A stretch of DNA of 64,000 bases from Rubripirellula sp. (GCA_965216875.1 OZ244207.1:5056001-5120000), one strand, 5' to 3'. Positions 30,432 to 40,031 are shown, numbered from the stretch's first letter. Notes: generated by a model from the sequence alone, not told the origin. Made by a program: numbers and translations.

Positions 30432-31850
30432 TTAGCTGCGGCCAAGATTCGTGTTCATGTTCTTCTTGTACTGCTCGACGCCGGGCTGCCCGTAGGGATT
30501 CACGCCAAGCAATCGGCCTTCGATCACGGTCGCGATCATCAGCATTTGGAACAGTTGGCCAAGCACATGAGTATCGATCTGAGGCAACACGATGTCGGTC
30601 GTCGGACGACCATCCGCGTGCAATGCGTCGTTGGTGCCCTTGATCGCCGCACTCATGATATCGGGAAGTGTCTTGTCAGCGATGTCGTTGAGCGTGTCTT
30701 GGTTACGTTCACTGGAACCGACTGCCAACGCATCGGTGCGATACGATTCGACAATCACATTGTTGAAGACCTTGTCGTTGGCACCTTGCTGATGCTGTTG
30801 ATGACGACTGTGAAGGTCACGCGTGTTGACGGTGGTCAGCGGCGTGACGCCGAGTCCCTCTTTGCCATTGGATTCGGCGAGCAATTGGTCGTACCAGAGT
30901 CCAACCGCTTCGAGTGCTTTGGACCAAACGCTCATCACACGGATACTCTTGCCACGGTTTTGGGCGAGCAAGTGATTGACGGCAACGTATTGCAAGACAA
31001 CGTTGTCGGCGTAATCCGCAGTTTTGAAGTGCTCGTTCATTGCAACCGCACCTTCAAGGAGCTTCATGCAATCGAGCCCGAGAAAGGCAGCTGGCATCAG
31101 TCCAACGGACGACAAAACGCTGAAGCGTCCGCCAACGCCATCGGGAACGCTGAAGATCTCTTCACATCCGATTGCGGTAGCCAATTCATGAAGCTTGCCA
31201 CATTCCCCGGTCACGGGAATGACCAAGCGGCCAAGTTGCTCGGAAGCCTCATCGCCGAGGGAGCTCTCGAGCGAAGCCAAGAATTGTCGGAAGGCAACCG
31301 CGGTCTCCATCGTGCCGCCGCTCTTGCTGATCACGACGATTGCGTATTTCTTTTCCGCCGCCGAATCACCGTAACCGCCGGCAGCCAATCGCTCGAGCAG
31401 CGATGCACTGGCGTCGTTGTCGACGTTGTTTCCCTCGAAGTAGACCCGTGGCTTACTCCCACGAGCTCCCCGTGACAACTCGTTGTGGTAAGGGTCACAG
31501 CAAGCATCCATCATCGCACGAGCGCCCATGTAGGATCCGCCAATCCCGAGCACTGCGACTGCGTCGATTTCACTGTGAAGTCCATTCGCCACCTTGAAGA
31601 TTCGTCCAAGCTCAGACGCTTCGCGGTCCTTTTCGTACTCGGCAAGTAGCTCTTCGGGCAGCCAAAAGAACCGAGCGTCCAGGGGCTGTTTGTCCGCTGG
31701 GATGTCGCCACTGCTGTATTGTTCGGGGTCGACCTCGACCATCTCTTGGCGAAGGGCAGTCAGTTGCTCGCCCAGATCATCGATCTGCTGCTGAGTGACG
31801 CCGAAATCGTCATTAATGCTGCCGGAAGGGTCGAAACGTAACAGGCTCAT
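30432..31850 (-). CDS. pgi: Glucose-6-phosphate isomerase
   Basis: GIGGSYMG, ISKSGGTMET, VGGRFSV, QLLAESNGKE, DLHS and QPGVEQYK. Confidence 0.95.
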   Translation of the reverse strand: MSLLRFDPSGSINDDFGVTQQQIDDLGEQLTALRQEMVEVDPEQYSSGDIPADKQPLDARFFWLPEELLAEYEKDREASELGRIFKVANGLHSEIDAVAVLGIGGSYMGARAMMDACCDPYHNELSRGARGSKPRVYFEGNNVDNDASASLLERLAAGGYGDSAAEKKYAIVVISKSGGTMETAVAFRQFLASLESSLGDEASEQLGRLVIPVTGECGKLHELATAIGCEEIFSVPDGVGGRFSVLSSVGLMPAAFLGLDCMKLLEGAVAMNEHFKTADYADNVVLQYVAVNHLLAQNRGKSIRVMSVWSKALEAVGLWYDQLLAESNGKEGLGVTPLTTVNTRDLHSRHQQHQQGANDKVFNNVIVESYRTDALAVGSSERNQDTLNDIADKTLPDIMSAAIKGTNDALHADGRPTTDIVLPQIDTHVLGQLFQMLMIATVIEGRLLGVNPYGQPGVEQYKKNMNTNLGRS

Positions 31851-32066
31851 CGGGGGTCTCATATTGAGTTGATGGAATTGGGAATGGCGGACAAACCGTA
31901 GCCTAACTCATTCATCTCGATCCTCGTAGCGGAGGCAGTTTGGCGGGATGTTCGGCATTCCGAACTCCCTAGCGGTGGTCGCTGCGGGCAAATCATCAAC
32001 AGGCTGGAAGAGACCTCTTCGGTTGCTAGAATCAGCAGCAAATCTGCATCCCAATCACCATTCAAT

Positions 32067-33692
32067 TTGAGTAGTCCGTTGACTGAAGTTCGCCGCAAAC
32101 CTGTCGTCCTGATCGTCCGTGATGGCTGGGGTGAAAACCCCTATCCCGAATGGAATCACGCCAACGCGGTTCATCTGGCCAAGACACCCGTCGCCGATGC
32201 GTTGATGGAAAAGTACCCCACCGTTCTGATCCACACCTCTGGCGAAGATGTCGGCCTGCCCGCTGGCGTGATGGGCAATAGCGAAGTGGGGCACCAGAAC
32301 ATCGGTGCTGGGCGGATTGTCGACCAAGAAGTGATGCGAATCACCCGTTCGATTCGCGACGAGTCTTTCTTCGCCAACAAGGTCCTCGGCGAAGCAGTCG
32401 AGCATGTCAAATCGACCGGCGGCACGCTGCACCTGCTTGGCTTGATGTCCGACGGTCGTGTCCACAGCGACCTTGACCACGCATTGGCGATCGTCGAACT
32501 TGTCAAACGCTCGGGACTCGACGCCGACAAGTTTGCCGTTCACGCCATCACCGACGGCCGCGACACCTCACCGACCGGTGGAATCAATTACGTCAAAACG
32601 CTCGAAGACAAACTGACCGATGCTGGCGTCGGACGAATGGCGAGTGTCATCGGACGCTTCTACGCCATGGATCGCGACTTGCGATGGGAACGCGTCGAAG
32701 CAGCCTACAAGATGATGACTCAGGGCGCTGACGAGTCGGCCGACACCGCCGGCGAAGCCATTCAACGCTACTACGACAACCCAACCGAAAGCAGCCGCAA
32801 AGGCGACGAGTTCATCACGGCGACGACCATCAACGGATCGTCAAACGGCTTGGTCAAAGATGGCGATGCCGTCATCTTCTTGAATTACCGCGGTGACCGT
32901 ACACGTGAAATCACCAAAGCGTTTGTCCTTGATGACGAAGCCTGGTCCAACATCGATGGCGGCGGCTTCGATCGCGGCAAAAAGATCGACAACCTCTACT
33001 TTGCAACGATGACCGGCTACGAATCTGGCCTGCCGGTAAACGTGATCTTCGAAAAGCGACCCAAGATGCCAAACATCCTTGGCGAATACGTCACGTCGCT
33101 TGGGTTGAATCAATTCCGATGTGCGGAAACGGAAAAGTACCCCCACGTCACCTTCTTCTTTAACGACTATCGCGACGATCCGTTCCCGGGCGAGCAGCGA
33201 GAAATGGCCCCGTCCCGTCGCGACGTTTCCACCTACGACCAAGTCCCAGCGATGTCGGCCGAAGAGATCACCGAAAAAGTACTCGCCGCAATCTCTGACG
33301 ACACTTGTGAGTTGATCGTGGTCAACTACGCCAACGGAGATATGGTCGGCCACACCGGAAGCCTGCAAGCCGCCATTGACGCCGTCGAAACGGTGGACGC
33401 TTGCGTGGGACGTGTTGTCGACGCCGCTTTGGAAAAAGGCGGTTCGCTTGTCGTCACCGCGGACCACGGAAACTGCGAACAGATGACCGACCCCGAGACG
33501 GGTGGACCGCACACCGCACACACCACCTATGACGTGCCGTTGATTGTGGTCGAACCAGGTTTGGAAGGTGTCGAACTTCGCACTGGCGGACGACTCGCCG
33601 ACATCGCACCGACCGTCTTGGAGCTGATGGGAGTTCCCGTCCCCGAGGAAATGACCGGTGAGCCGCTATTAAGTGTCCCCGCCAAAGCGTGA
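32067..33692 (+). CDS. gpmI: 2,3-bisphosphoglycerate-independent phosphoglycerate mutase
   Basis: DGWG, MGNSEVGH, GRFYAMDRD, AETEKYPHVTFFFN, DMVGHTG and TADHGN. Confidence 0.97.
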   Translation: MSSPLTEVRRKPVVLIVRDGWGENPYPEWNHANAVHLAKTPVADALMEKYPTVLIHTSGEDVGLPAGVMGNSEVGHQNIGAGRIVDQEVMRITRSIRDESFFANKVLGEAVEHVKSTGGTLHLLGLMSDGRVHSDLDHALAIVELVKRSGLDADKFAVHAITDGRDTSPTGGINYVKTLEDKLTDAGVGRMASVIGRFYAMDRDLRWERVEAAYKMMTQGADESADTAGEAIQRYYDNPTESSRKGDEFITATTINGSSNGLVKDGDAVIFLNYRGDRTREITKAFVLDDEAWSNIDGGGFDRGKKIDNLYFATMTGYESGLPVNVIFEKRPKMPNILGEYVTSLGLNQFRCAETEKYPHVTFFFNDYRDDPFPGEQREMAPSRRDVSTYDQVPAMSAEEITEKVLAAISDDTCELIVVNYANGDMVGHTGSLQAAIDAVETVDACVGRVVDAALEKGGSLVVTADHGNCEQMTDPETGGPHTAHTTYDVPLIVVEPGLEGVELRTGGRLADIAPTVLELMGVPVPEEMTGEPLLSVPAKA

Positions 33693-33704
33693 TGCCACCT
33701 CCCA

Positions 33705-33842
33705 CCTCGTTACCACGCTCTGCGTGGTAACGCACTCTTGGACGCTCCGCGTCCCTAGGCACCTGAGCCGTACGCGCTAGCGTCGGGCCCTACGAGAGAC
33801 GCAAAAAGAGCACAAGGCCCGACGCTGGCGCGTTCGGCTCAC
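33705..33842. repeat. Family A variant (33705-33755) and family C doublet (33764-33842)
   Basis: gttaccacg-ctctg-cgtggtaac hairpin; tgagccgtacgcgctagcgtcgggcc...ggcccgacgctggcgcgttcggctcac. Confidence 0.9.
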
Positions 33843-35107
33843 TACTTTGGCTTGCTTCTTGCTTCTTTCGCTTTGCGGCGGCGTTCGACCAATCGCTTGA
33901 TCTTCTCTTCGCGTTTCTTTAGTCGCTCAACACGCTGGCGGTACTTCTGTTCGCGCTCCTTCAATCGCCTCGATTTCTCTTTCACACGGCGACTCGCTTT
34001 TCGAACGCGTTCTTCGCGTTCGGTGAGCGATCGCTCGGATGTGGAACCTTCCGATTGCTGCTGCGCCTTCTGAGCATCGGTGGTCACTTCGGAAACGTCT
34101 TCGGGCTCCGCCGACGCCTCAGGCGTTTCTTCGGATTGCCTGCGTCCTAGTTTCGCCGCAATCCAGTCAGGGCTGACAAAAATCATATTGGCCCCGATCA
34201 TCATCACGCCAAAGGTGATCATGCCCAGGAACAATGCGATCCCACCGTGGACGGCGACGGCGACTGCCAAAACGATCGGACGCGTCAGACGTGGCCAAAC
34301 GAGCGCGCAGTAAAAGACTTCCCAAAACAGCGTCGCGTGGGTCATCGCCGAGAAGAGCCACGGGTAATGCGCCATCCAGGTCATGTTCATCGACTGGTAT
34401 TCGTAGTTGCCAACGGAATACCAAACCGCCGTACCATCCCACCACGTTTGCCCACGTGCTTTAGACAAGCCGCCAAAGAGATAGATGACGCAAAGATGAA
34501 GTTGCAGCAGTCGAGTCGCAACGTTCGCACCGACACTTGGCGAATCATCCGGAAACAGAATACGAAACCAACGTTTGTCGCTGAGTTTTGATGCGAGCTT
34601 CTTGCGCAGCACCGCGTCAACCGACAGACAGCTTCCGCAGGGCGAGAGCATCAAATACATCGTGCTGTATGTGACAATCTGATCGAGTCCGAAAAGGTGT
34701 CCTGTCAGACGATGCAAGTACATCAACTGAAAAAAGAGCGCAAGCGGCACCGTGATGCGGGTCAGCAAACCTGCTGCAAACATGGCAGTGACGAGGATCG
34801 TCAACGCATGATGAGCCCAAAGAAGTCCCGCGCTGTCGATGTGCCACAGGTAGCTGCGTGCCGCATCAGCATCAAAGAAGGATCCGTCGTGTAACTTGAG
34901 GGCGGTTTCGTTGTTGATCCAAGCCGTTTCGCCAAGAAACGAAGTCAGGTCGGTTGCCAACACAAGGTGCGAATACAGCAGCATCGATCCAGCGATGATG
35001 CGCAAGATGCAAAGTGTGTGCGGCAGACGCGGCGCGAACCAAAAACGATCCCAAGCGGCAACATACCCGGCTCCCCACTGTTTCAATGACGCGGTCAACG
35101 CACTCAT
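33842..35107 (-). CDS. HTTM-domain membrane protein (SdpB/VKGC-like) with basic coiled-coil tail
   Basis: WDRFWF, SVDA, RLLQLHLCVIYLFGGLSK, WWDGTAV, HGGIALFLG and FGVMM. Confidence 0.82.
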   Translation of the reverse strand: MSALTASLKQWGAGYVAAWDRFWFAPRLPHTLCILRIIAGSMLLYSHLVLATDLTSFLGETAWINNETALKLHDGSFFDADAARSYLWHIDSAGLLWAHHALTILVTAMFAAGLLTRITVPLALFFQLMYLHRLTGHLFGLDQIVTYSTMYLMLSPCGSCLSVDAVLRKKLASKLSDKRWFRILFPDDSPSVGANVATRLLQLHLCVIYLFGGLSKARGQTWWDGTAVWYSVGNYEYQSMNMTWMAHYPWLFSAMTHATLFWEVFYCALVWPRLTRPIVLAVAVAVHGGIALFLGMITFGVMMIGANMIFVSPDWIAAKLGRRQSEETPEASAEPEDVSEVTTDAQKAQQQSEGSTSERSLTEREERVRKASRRVKEKSRRLKEREQKYRQRVERLKKREEKIKRLVERRRKAKEARSKPK

Positions 35108-35928
35108 GGCGAATCCTCCACTGAGGATTCGCCCGAAACTCCCTCGCTGCTACCAGCGACTAAATCGTCGGCGGCTGTGCGCGTTGCGTCTTCGGAGTCG
35201 TTTTCGTCTTGGGCAGCCGGCAGGGTCTCGTTGGCTGGCGAACCTTGTGCACCTTCGACCGCTGGAACCGGAGCACCCTCGGCAGCTGGAAGCGGAATGG
35301 CTTCGGTCGCAACGGGGGCACCGATGTCGACCGGATCATCAAGCAGGACGCGGTAAAGACGCTGGTCATCGAGAGGGATGGGGTCGTTTTGGTAGTCGAT
35401 CACGTTGGGGATCAAATGCTCGACACGGCGAATGGCAACTTCGCTGCCCGGGTTTTCGTGCTCAAGGTGCTCGGTGACCGAAAGCCGAACTTGCGTATAC
35501 CGATCGCGAGCGCGCCGCCACAGCTCAGCCGTTTCGGGTTCGAGCTCAATCATGTCGGCCGGAGGACCTGGCGGCTGATAGATTTCTTCCAAATACTCGG
35601 TCAGCATGAAATGACGGTGGTACATCAACCGCGGCCATTGGTCGTTGCGGTCGGGATACATTCGCTCGGAGGTTTGGCCGTTGGTGGTGACCGCTACTTG
35701 AACCAGATGACTGGGACCTGGATCGGGAGCGAAGAAGGCATAGCCACGGTTGATGTAAAGGAACTGGCCATACGCATCGACGGGGCGCAAGACGGAATTG
35801 ACCGAAGGTGATGTCCCCAGCGGGCCGCGCGCTTGAAACGCCAGTGGCGGGGCCACTACAGCAACCAAGTGCCAGACGATCAACAGGCTAAAGACGATTC
35901 GCAGTGAGCGTTTGATGGGTGCGGTCAT
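35104..35928 (-). CDS. HTTM partner protein (SdpA/DUF5819-like)
   Basis: N-terminal TM helix with His; GYAFFAPDPG motif; ATGA overlap with the HTTM gene. Confidence 0.6.
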   Translation of the reverse strand: MTAPIKRSLRIVFSLLIVWHLVAVVAPPLAFQARGPLGTSPSVNSVLRPVDAYGQFLYINRGYAFFAPDPGPSHLVQVAVTTNGQTSERMYPDRNDQWPRLMYHRHFMLTEYLEEIYQPPGPPADMIELEPETAELWRRARDRYTQVRLSVTEHLEHENPGSEVAIRRVEHLIPNVIDYQNDPIPLDDQRLYRVLLDDPVDIGAPVATEAIPLPAAEGAPVPAVEGAQGSPANETLPAAQDENDSEDATRTAADDLVAGSSEGVSGESSVEDSP

Positions 35929-36066
35929 CGAAGTCGATTGGACGCAGGTCGAAAGAAAAGTCCTTGGAGCGTCTCCATCGCTCTACGGTAACTCGACCAA
36001 CTGCGATGTACAGAAGGAATGTTGTGTTGAGTCGGTTCGGGGTAGCGCTACAAGCCTGCACGTTTT

Positions 36067-36178
36067 AACACTCTCCCTCGGGAGAGTCGGGCTCTAAGGC
36101 CCGGTGAGGGTTTGTATGGACGATTCGCTCCCCGGACTTTGCGTCCGACCCTCCCGCACGCGGGGAGGGTGATTGTTG
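36067..36178. repeat. Family G multi-hairpin element, second copy
   Basis: Matches 15873-15986 except in the central spacer. Confidence 0.9.
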
Positions 36179-36186
36179 TCTAGCGC

Positions 36187-36223
36187 AAAAAGAAAACGCA
36201 TTCGCTTTCACGAACGCGTTTTC
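36187..36223 (-). terminator. Intrinsic terminator of the TIGR03000 gene
   Basis: RNA gaaaacgcguucg-ugaaag-cgaaugcguuuuc followed by UUUUU; the G-U pair forms only on the minus strand. Confidence 0.8.
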
Positions 36224-36252
36224 CATCTAAGTTCCATTTCGATGCTAGTGAA

Positions 36253-37455
36253 CTAGCGTCGAGCAATTTCGTCAGGATTGAAATCGAAAGTCAATTCCGT
36301 GGTGCTTCCTGCTTCCACGTTGACAGTGCGTTCTTTGCTGACGGTTTCGCCGTTGATTTGCGACGAGACGCGAATCGTGTAACCGGCCCATTTCTCACCA
36401 GCTTTGAGTTGCTTGGTGCGGAAGACGCGCGTCGCGCCCTTTCCGGCGGTGTCGTTGCCGGCAAGGTTAACCTTCGCGTTCTCTGGAACGTGCAAGCGAA
36501 CCACGGTCACCAAGTCTTCTTCGACGACTGGCTTGACTTCTTCAGCTTCCTGTGGCTCAGGAGCGTCGAAGGTCATGCTTTGCTTGTCGCCAGGACGAAG
36601 CTTGACCGACTTGCTTTCGGTTTTGGCTTCACCATCGACGTCGTAGGTGACGTTCACAACGTAGGTGTAAACGAATCCGGTCTTCAAACCCTTCGACATG
36701 AACTGACGAGTCATGCCGCCACTCTTGGTTTCGTGTCCGTTCACGGTCACGCGTGCCGAGTCAAAGGGAACGTTGACGGTCAGCGTTGCCGAATCGTCAA
36801 TGTCAAGCGAAGGACGTGCAACTTTGTAAGCGCCATCCAATTTTGGCTGTTGTGGTTTGCTTTGAGCAACCACGCGGCTCGACGAAGTCGAAGCGACGCG
36901 TGATGATTCGTAACGCGTGGTGGCACCAAGCGAAACGGAGTGCACAACGTTGCTCGAGTAAGAGACGGAGCCAGTGCTTCCGCCCGACGATCCACCACTG
37001 CTGCCATAGCTGGTGACGTAACCACCGCTGCTGCCGCCTGAGGATCCGCCACTGCTGCCGTGACGCGCTGCGCGACGAGCGCGGATCTTGGCCATCATGC
37101 GTTTGAGAGGTCCAACACGACCTCCGCTGCTGCCGCCCGAGGATCCACCGCTGCTGCCGTGCGAGCTGTGCGAAACGACGCCGCCAGAAGAACCGCCAGA
37201 CGATCCGCCCGAGGATCCCCAAGAGCCGCCTCCGCTGCTACCACCGGACGATCCACTGTGACGGGCGGCGATGCGAGCACGCATGTTGCTAAACAATCCA
37301 CCGCCACTGCTTCCACCCGATGACGACCAACCACCGGACGATCCGCCCGATGAGCCCCCGGAGGAGCCACCCCACGAGTTGGCCTCAGCAAGGCCTCCCG
37401 TCGTGGCAAAGAAGGCCAGCACCGCAGTGCAGGTCAGAAAACGAAAATACGTCAT
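36253..37455 (-). CDS. Secreted Gly/Ser-rich protein with two TIGR03000 domains
   Basis: Signal peptide (AEA); many GGSSGG repeats; two A-x-L-x-V-x-VP...T...G-x-x-R-x-F...Y-x-Y domains. Confidence 0.85.
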   Translation of the reverse strand: MTYFRFLTCTAVLAFFATTGGLAEANSWGGSSGGSSGGSSGGWSSSGGSSGGGLFSNMRARIAARHSGSSGGSSGGGSWGSSGGSSGGSSGGVVSHSSHGSSGGSSGGSSGGRVGPLKRMMAKIRARRAARHGSSGGSSGGSSGGYVTSYGSSGGSSGGSTGSVSYSSNVVHSVSLGATTRYESSRVASTSSSRVVAQSKPQQPKLDGAYKVARPSLDIDDSATLTVNVPFDSARVTVNGHETKSGGMTRQFMSKGLKTGFVYTYVVNVTYDVDGEAKTESKSVKLRPGDKQSMTFDAPEPQEAEEVKPVVEEDLVTVVRLHVPENAKVNLAGNDTAGKGATRVFRTKQLKAGEKWAGYTIRVSSQINGETVSKERTVNVEAGSTTELTFDFNPDEIARR

Positions 37456-37745
37456 GGCTGCCTGTTCCTCTCCTGCAAATATTCTTCAAAGCATGTTTCC
37501 ACTCATGCCGTCCCCGTTTGAGGGTGCCAACGGCAGCCAGTAGCTTAGCGGCATAAATGCGCGAAACAAGCAGGTTCGGCAAAATTTGCGGCCTGCGAAA
37601 GCGAGAAAAAACAGAGAAGATTGGCCCCCTGGATTCGGATCAACGCCGACTCACTCAGGGGACCTGCAAATCTCAACCTTGAAGCGACTTTTTGCCACAA
37701 CGTGGCTGCCGACGCGCAGTGGTGTTTCGGAACCGCGCATCGTTC

Positions 37746-37862
37746 AAAGCCCGGCCGCTTACGCCGTAGGCCGGATCAAGGAGCGACAGCGACGCAGATC
37801 CGGCAAGCTCCAAAACGACGTTCCCGAAACAAAGCCCGGCCGCTGACGCGATCGCGGCTCAC
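37746..37862. repeat. Truncated C-variant arm, family E (37766-37804), complete C-variant arm (37831-37862)
   Basis: aaagcccggccgct(t/g)acgc repeated on both sides of gtaggccggatcaaggagcgacagcgacgcagatccggc. Confidence 0.88.
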
Positions 37863-37865
37863 AAA

Positions 37866-39110
37866 TCAGTCAACAACTTCGATCGCAACTTCGTCGAAAT
37901 CGGCCGTTCCGGTGGCGCCGAAGAGTCCAATCCGCAAGATCGCCTCGCGTGTGTCGAGGGGAACGCGAATCAAACGACTCGGATCCTTCCACGTTCGCGT
38001 GCCTCGAAAAGGCCCCAACCAAAACGTGCCCAAATCGCGTCGGAGCTCGTCGTAAAGGCTGATGGCAATCATTGGCAACGCTTCGACGTTGGGCCCTTTC
38101 TTGACATCCTCGACCCGCACGCGACCCTTCAAGCGGATCATCGAAACTTCACGTCCATCGATGGCAATCCCTTGAAGCAGATGCGAGTTGAGTCCTGGTG
38201 TCTTATTGGTGAACCGCGCAAACGCCTTGCCTTCGGCGGCCGAACCAAACCGCCCGCTCGAGAGCATGCGGCGGACTTGTCGGCCGTAGTACCAACCGGG
38301 CACAAAATCGACGAGCTTCTTCTCGTCGTCACTCGGCGGCGTCTCGAACGTTCCATTGACGACGCTCGGATTCGCACCGTCGGGAAGTCGCTGGCGATTG
38401 TCTTCGGCTTCGCCGGTCATCGGTACAAAGAGTGTTGGCCGCAACGCTTCGCGTTCGAGCTTGCCGTTCTTTTTGGTCATTCGGTAGAGCGTTTGTTGAT
38501 AGCGCTCGCCAACCGGAATGATCAGCTGGCCGCCTTCTCGCAACTGATCGACGAGTGGCTTGGGTACCGATTCAGGGCTGCAGGTCACGATGATCTTGTC
38601 GAACGGTGCGGCGTCGGGCCAACCGAGGAAGCCGTCGCCAATCCGCGTCGAAACGTTCTCGTAGCCAAGTCGACTGAGCGTGCGTGCGGCTTGTTCGCCC
38701 AAATCAACCACGATCTCGATCGAATAAACATGCTCCACCAGCGGACTGAGCACGGCCGCCTGGTAACCACTGCCAGTTCCAATTTCGAGCACCTTGTCGG
38801 TCGGCTGCGGGTCAAGTGCTTCGGTCATCGAAGCAACAATGAACGGGCTACTGATCGTTTGAGATTCGCCAATCGGCAGCGCCATATCCATATAGGCCTG
38901 GTCCCTCAGTGCGTCGGGGACAAACTCGTGACGGAGCGTGTTTCGAATGGAGTCAAGCACACGTTTGTCTCGCACCCCTGCGGTCGCGATTCGATCTCGC
39001 ACCAAGCGGTGTCGCGCATCTTCGAACCGATCGTTCGCGTTCGCATCACAGGGCGCCAACGAGACCAACAGAATGGCAAGGACCGCGATGGCGGGTCGTT
39101 TCAGAAACAT
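37866..39110 (-). CDS. pcm: Protein-L-isoaspartate O-methyltransferase with signal peptide and extra C-terminal beta domain (alternative start 39134)
   Basis: RHEFVP, LPIGESQTISSP, VLEIGTGSGYQAA, APFDKIIVT and FVPM. Confidence 0.9.
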   Translation of the reverse strand: MFLKRPAIAVLAILLVSLAPCDANANDRFEDARHRLVRDRIATAGVRDKRVLDSIRNTLRHEFVPDALRDQAYMDMALPIGESQTISSPFIVASMTEALDPQPTDKVLEIGTGSGYQAAVLSPLVEHVYSIEIVVDLGEQAARTLSRLGYENVSTRIGDGFLGWPDAAPFDKIIVTCSPESVPKPLVDQLREGGQLIIPVGERYQQTLYRMTKKNGKLEREALRPTLFVPMTGEAEDNRQRLPDGANPSVVNGTFETPPSDDEKKLVDFVPGWYYGRQVRRMLSSGRFGSAAEGKAFARFTNKTPGLNSHLLQGIAIDGREVSMIRLKGRVRVEDVKKGPNVEALPMIAISLYDELRRDLGTFWLGPFRGTRTWKDPSRLIRVPLDTREAILRIGLFGATGTADFDEVAIEVVD

Positions 39111-39123
39111 GGTCTTCCAACCT

Positions 39124-40029
39124 CTACGCTTCATCTTCGGGCTGATCTAACAATGATAACTGACTGGCAGGCTTTGGCGGCCAAGGGACGTTGAATCGGT
39201 GGTCGGGATTGCCTTGTGCAAATCGGTCGGCAAAACGTCTGGCGAACGTTGGTGCGAGGGCATCGTCGGGTGCGTGCGCAAAGATGAATGGCTGCAAACC
39301 ATCATTGATCCATCGTCCTACAATCGGAACCCACTGATCAACAAATCGATCGGCCATCGGCAACGTGTTGCGTCCCACCAAACGCAGGACGGGGTGTTTC
39401 CCGGTGATTGTCTGCCGCACCGGTGTTTGTGGCTTGCGGCGTTGCGATTCGGTTTCGATTTCGTCGTCCGGTGGCGATTGAAAAAGCGCTCGGCTATCGA
39501 ACAGCACTTTGTCGACGTGATGTCGTGTCAACAGATCGTTAAGGCGGTGTTCGTTGTCAGACGAGTCGAACCAACCTGGGTGCCGAAGTTCGACGGCCCA
39601 GGCGAGGTCGCGCGGCAAGAGATGCAAGAAATGGGCCAGGACCTTCAATTGATCGGGGCCGAAATGGGGTGAAAGCTGCAAAAAGGTCGGCCCCAATCGG
39701 TCGGCTTCGGCAAGCGGTTCGATCGCGCCGAGAAACGCGGACAACTCGGCATCCGATCCCACGAGTTGTTGGTCGTGCGAAATCACTCGCGGTAGCTTCA
39801 AGACGAACTTGAATCCAGGTTCAGTTTGCTCGGCCCAGCGCCGCGTCGTTTCGACGGTCGGCGTCGCGTAGAACGTGCTGTTACCCTCGACCGTGTTGAA
39901 GGTGCGACTGTACCAACGAAGCCACTCGCGGCGTGGCGTGCGTGGCGGATAGACTTGGTCGGCCCACTTGTCGCACGACCAAATCGGACAACCGAGGTGA
40001 ATCGGCCAGGAAGGGGATCCCGCCTGCAT
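39124..40029 (-). CDS. DUF72 (YecE-like) protein
   Basis: LGCPIW, FNTVEGNSTFYA, LKLPRVISH, FLQL, VELRHPGW and FAHAPD. Confidence 0.88.
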   Translation of the reverse strand: MQAGSPSWPIHLGCPIWSCDKWADQVYPPRTPRREWLRWYSRTFNTVEGNSTFYATPTVETTRRWAEQTEPGFKFVLKLPRVISHDQQLVGSDAELSAFLGAIEPLAEADRLGPTFLQLSPHFGPDQLKVLAHFLHLLPRDLAWAVELRHPGWFDSSDNEHRLNDLLTRHHVDKVLFDSRALFQSPPDDEIETESQRRKPQTPVRQTITGKHPVLRLVGRNTLPMADRFVDQWVPIVGRWINDGLQPFIFAHAPDDALAPTFARRFADRFAQGNPDHRFNVPWPPKPASQLSLLDQPEDEA

Positions 40030-40031
40030 CG

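Noticed and set aside
30108..31475. Long antisense ORFs (also 24506-26074, 38172-39194, 40290-41618, 22263-23213, 6470-7207)
   Set aside because: They mirror well-supported genes on the other strand, carry no recognisable motifs, and are expected from high-GC codon bias
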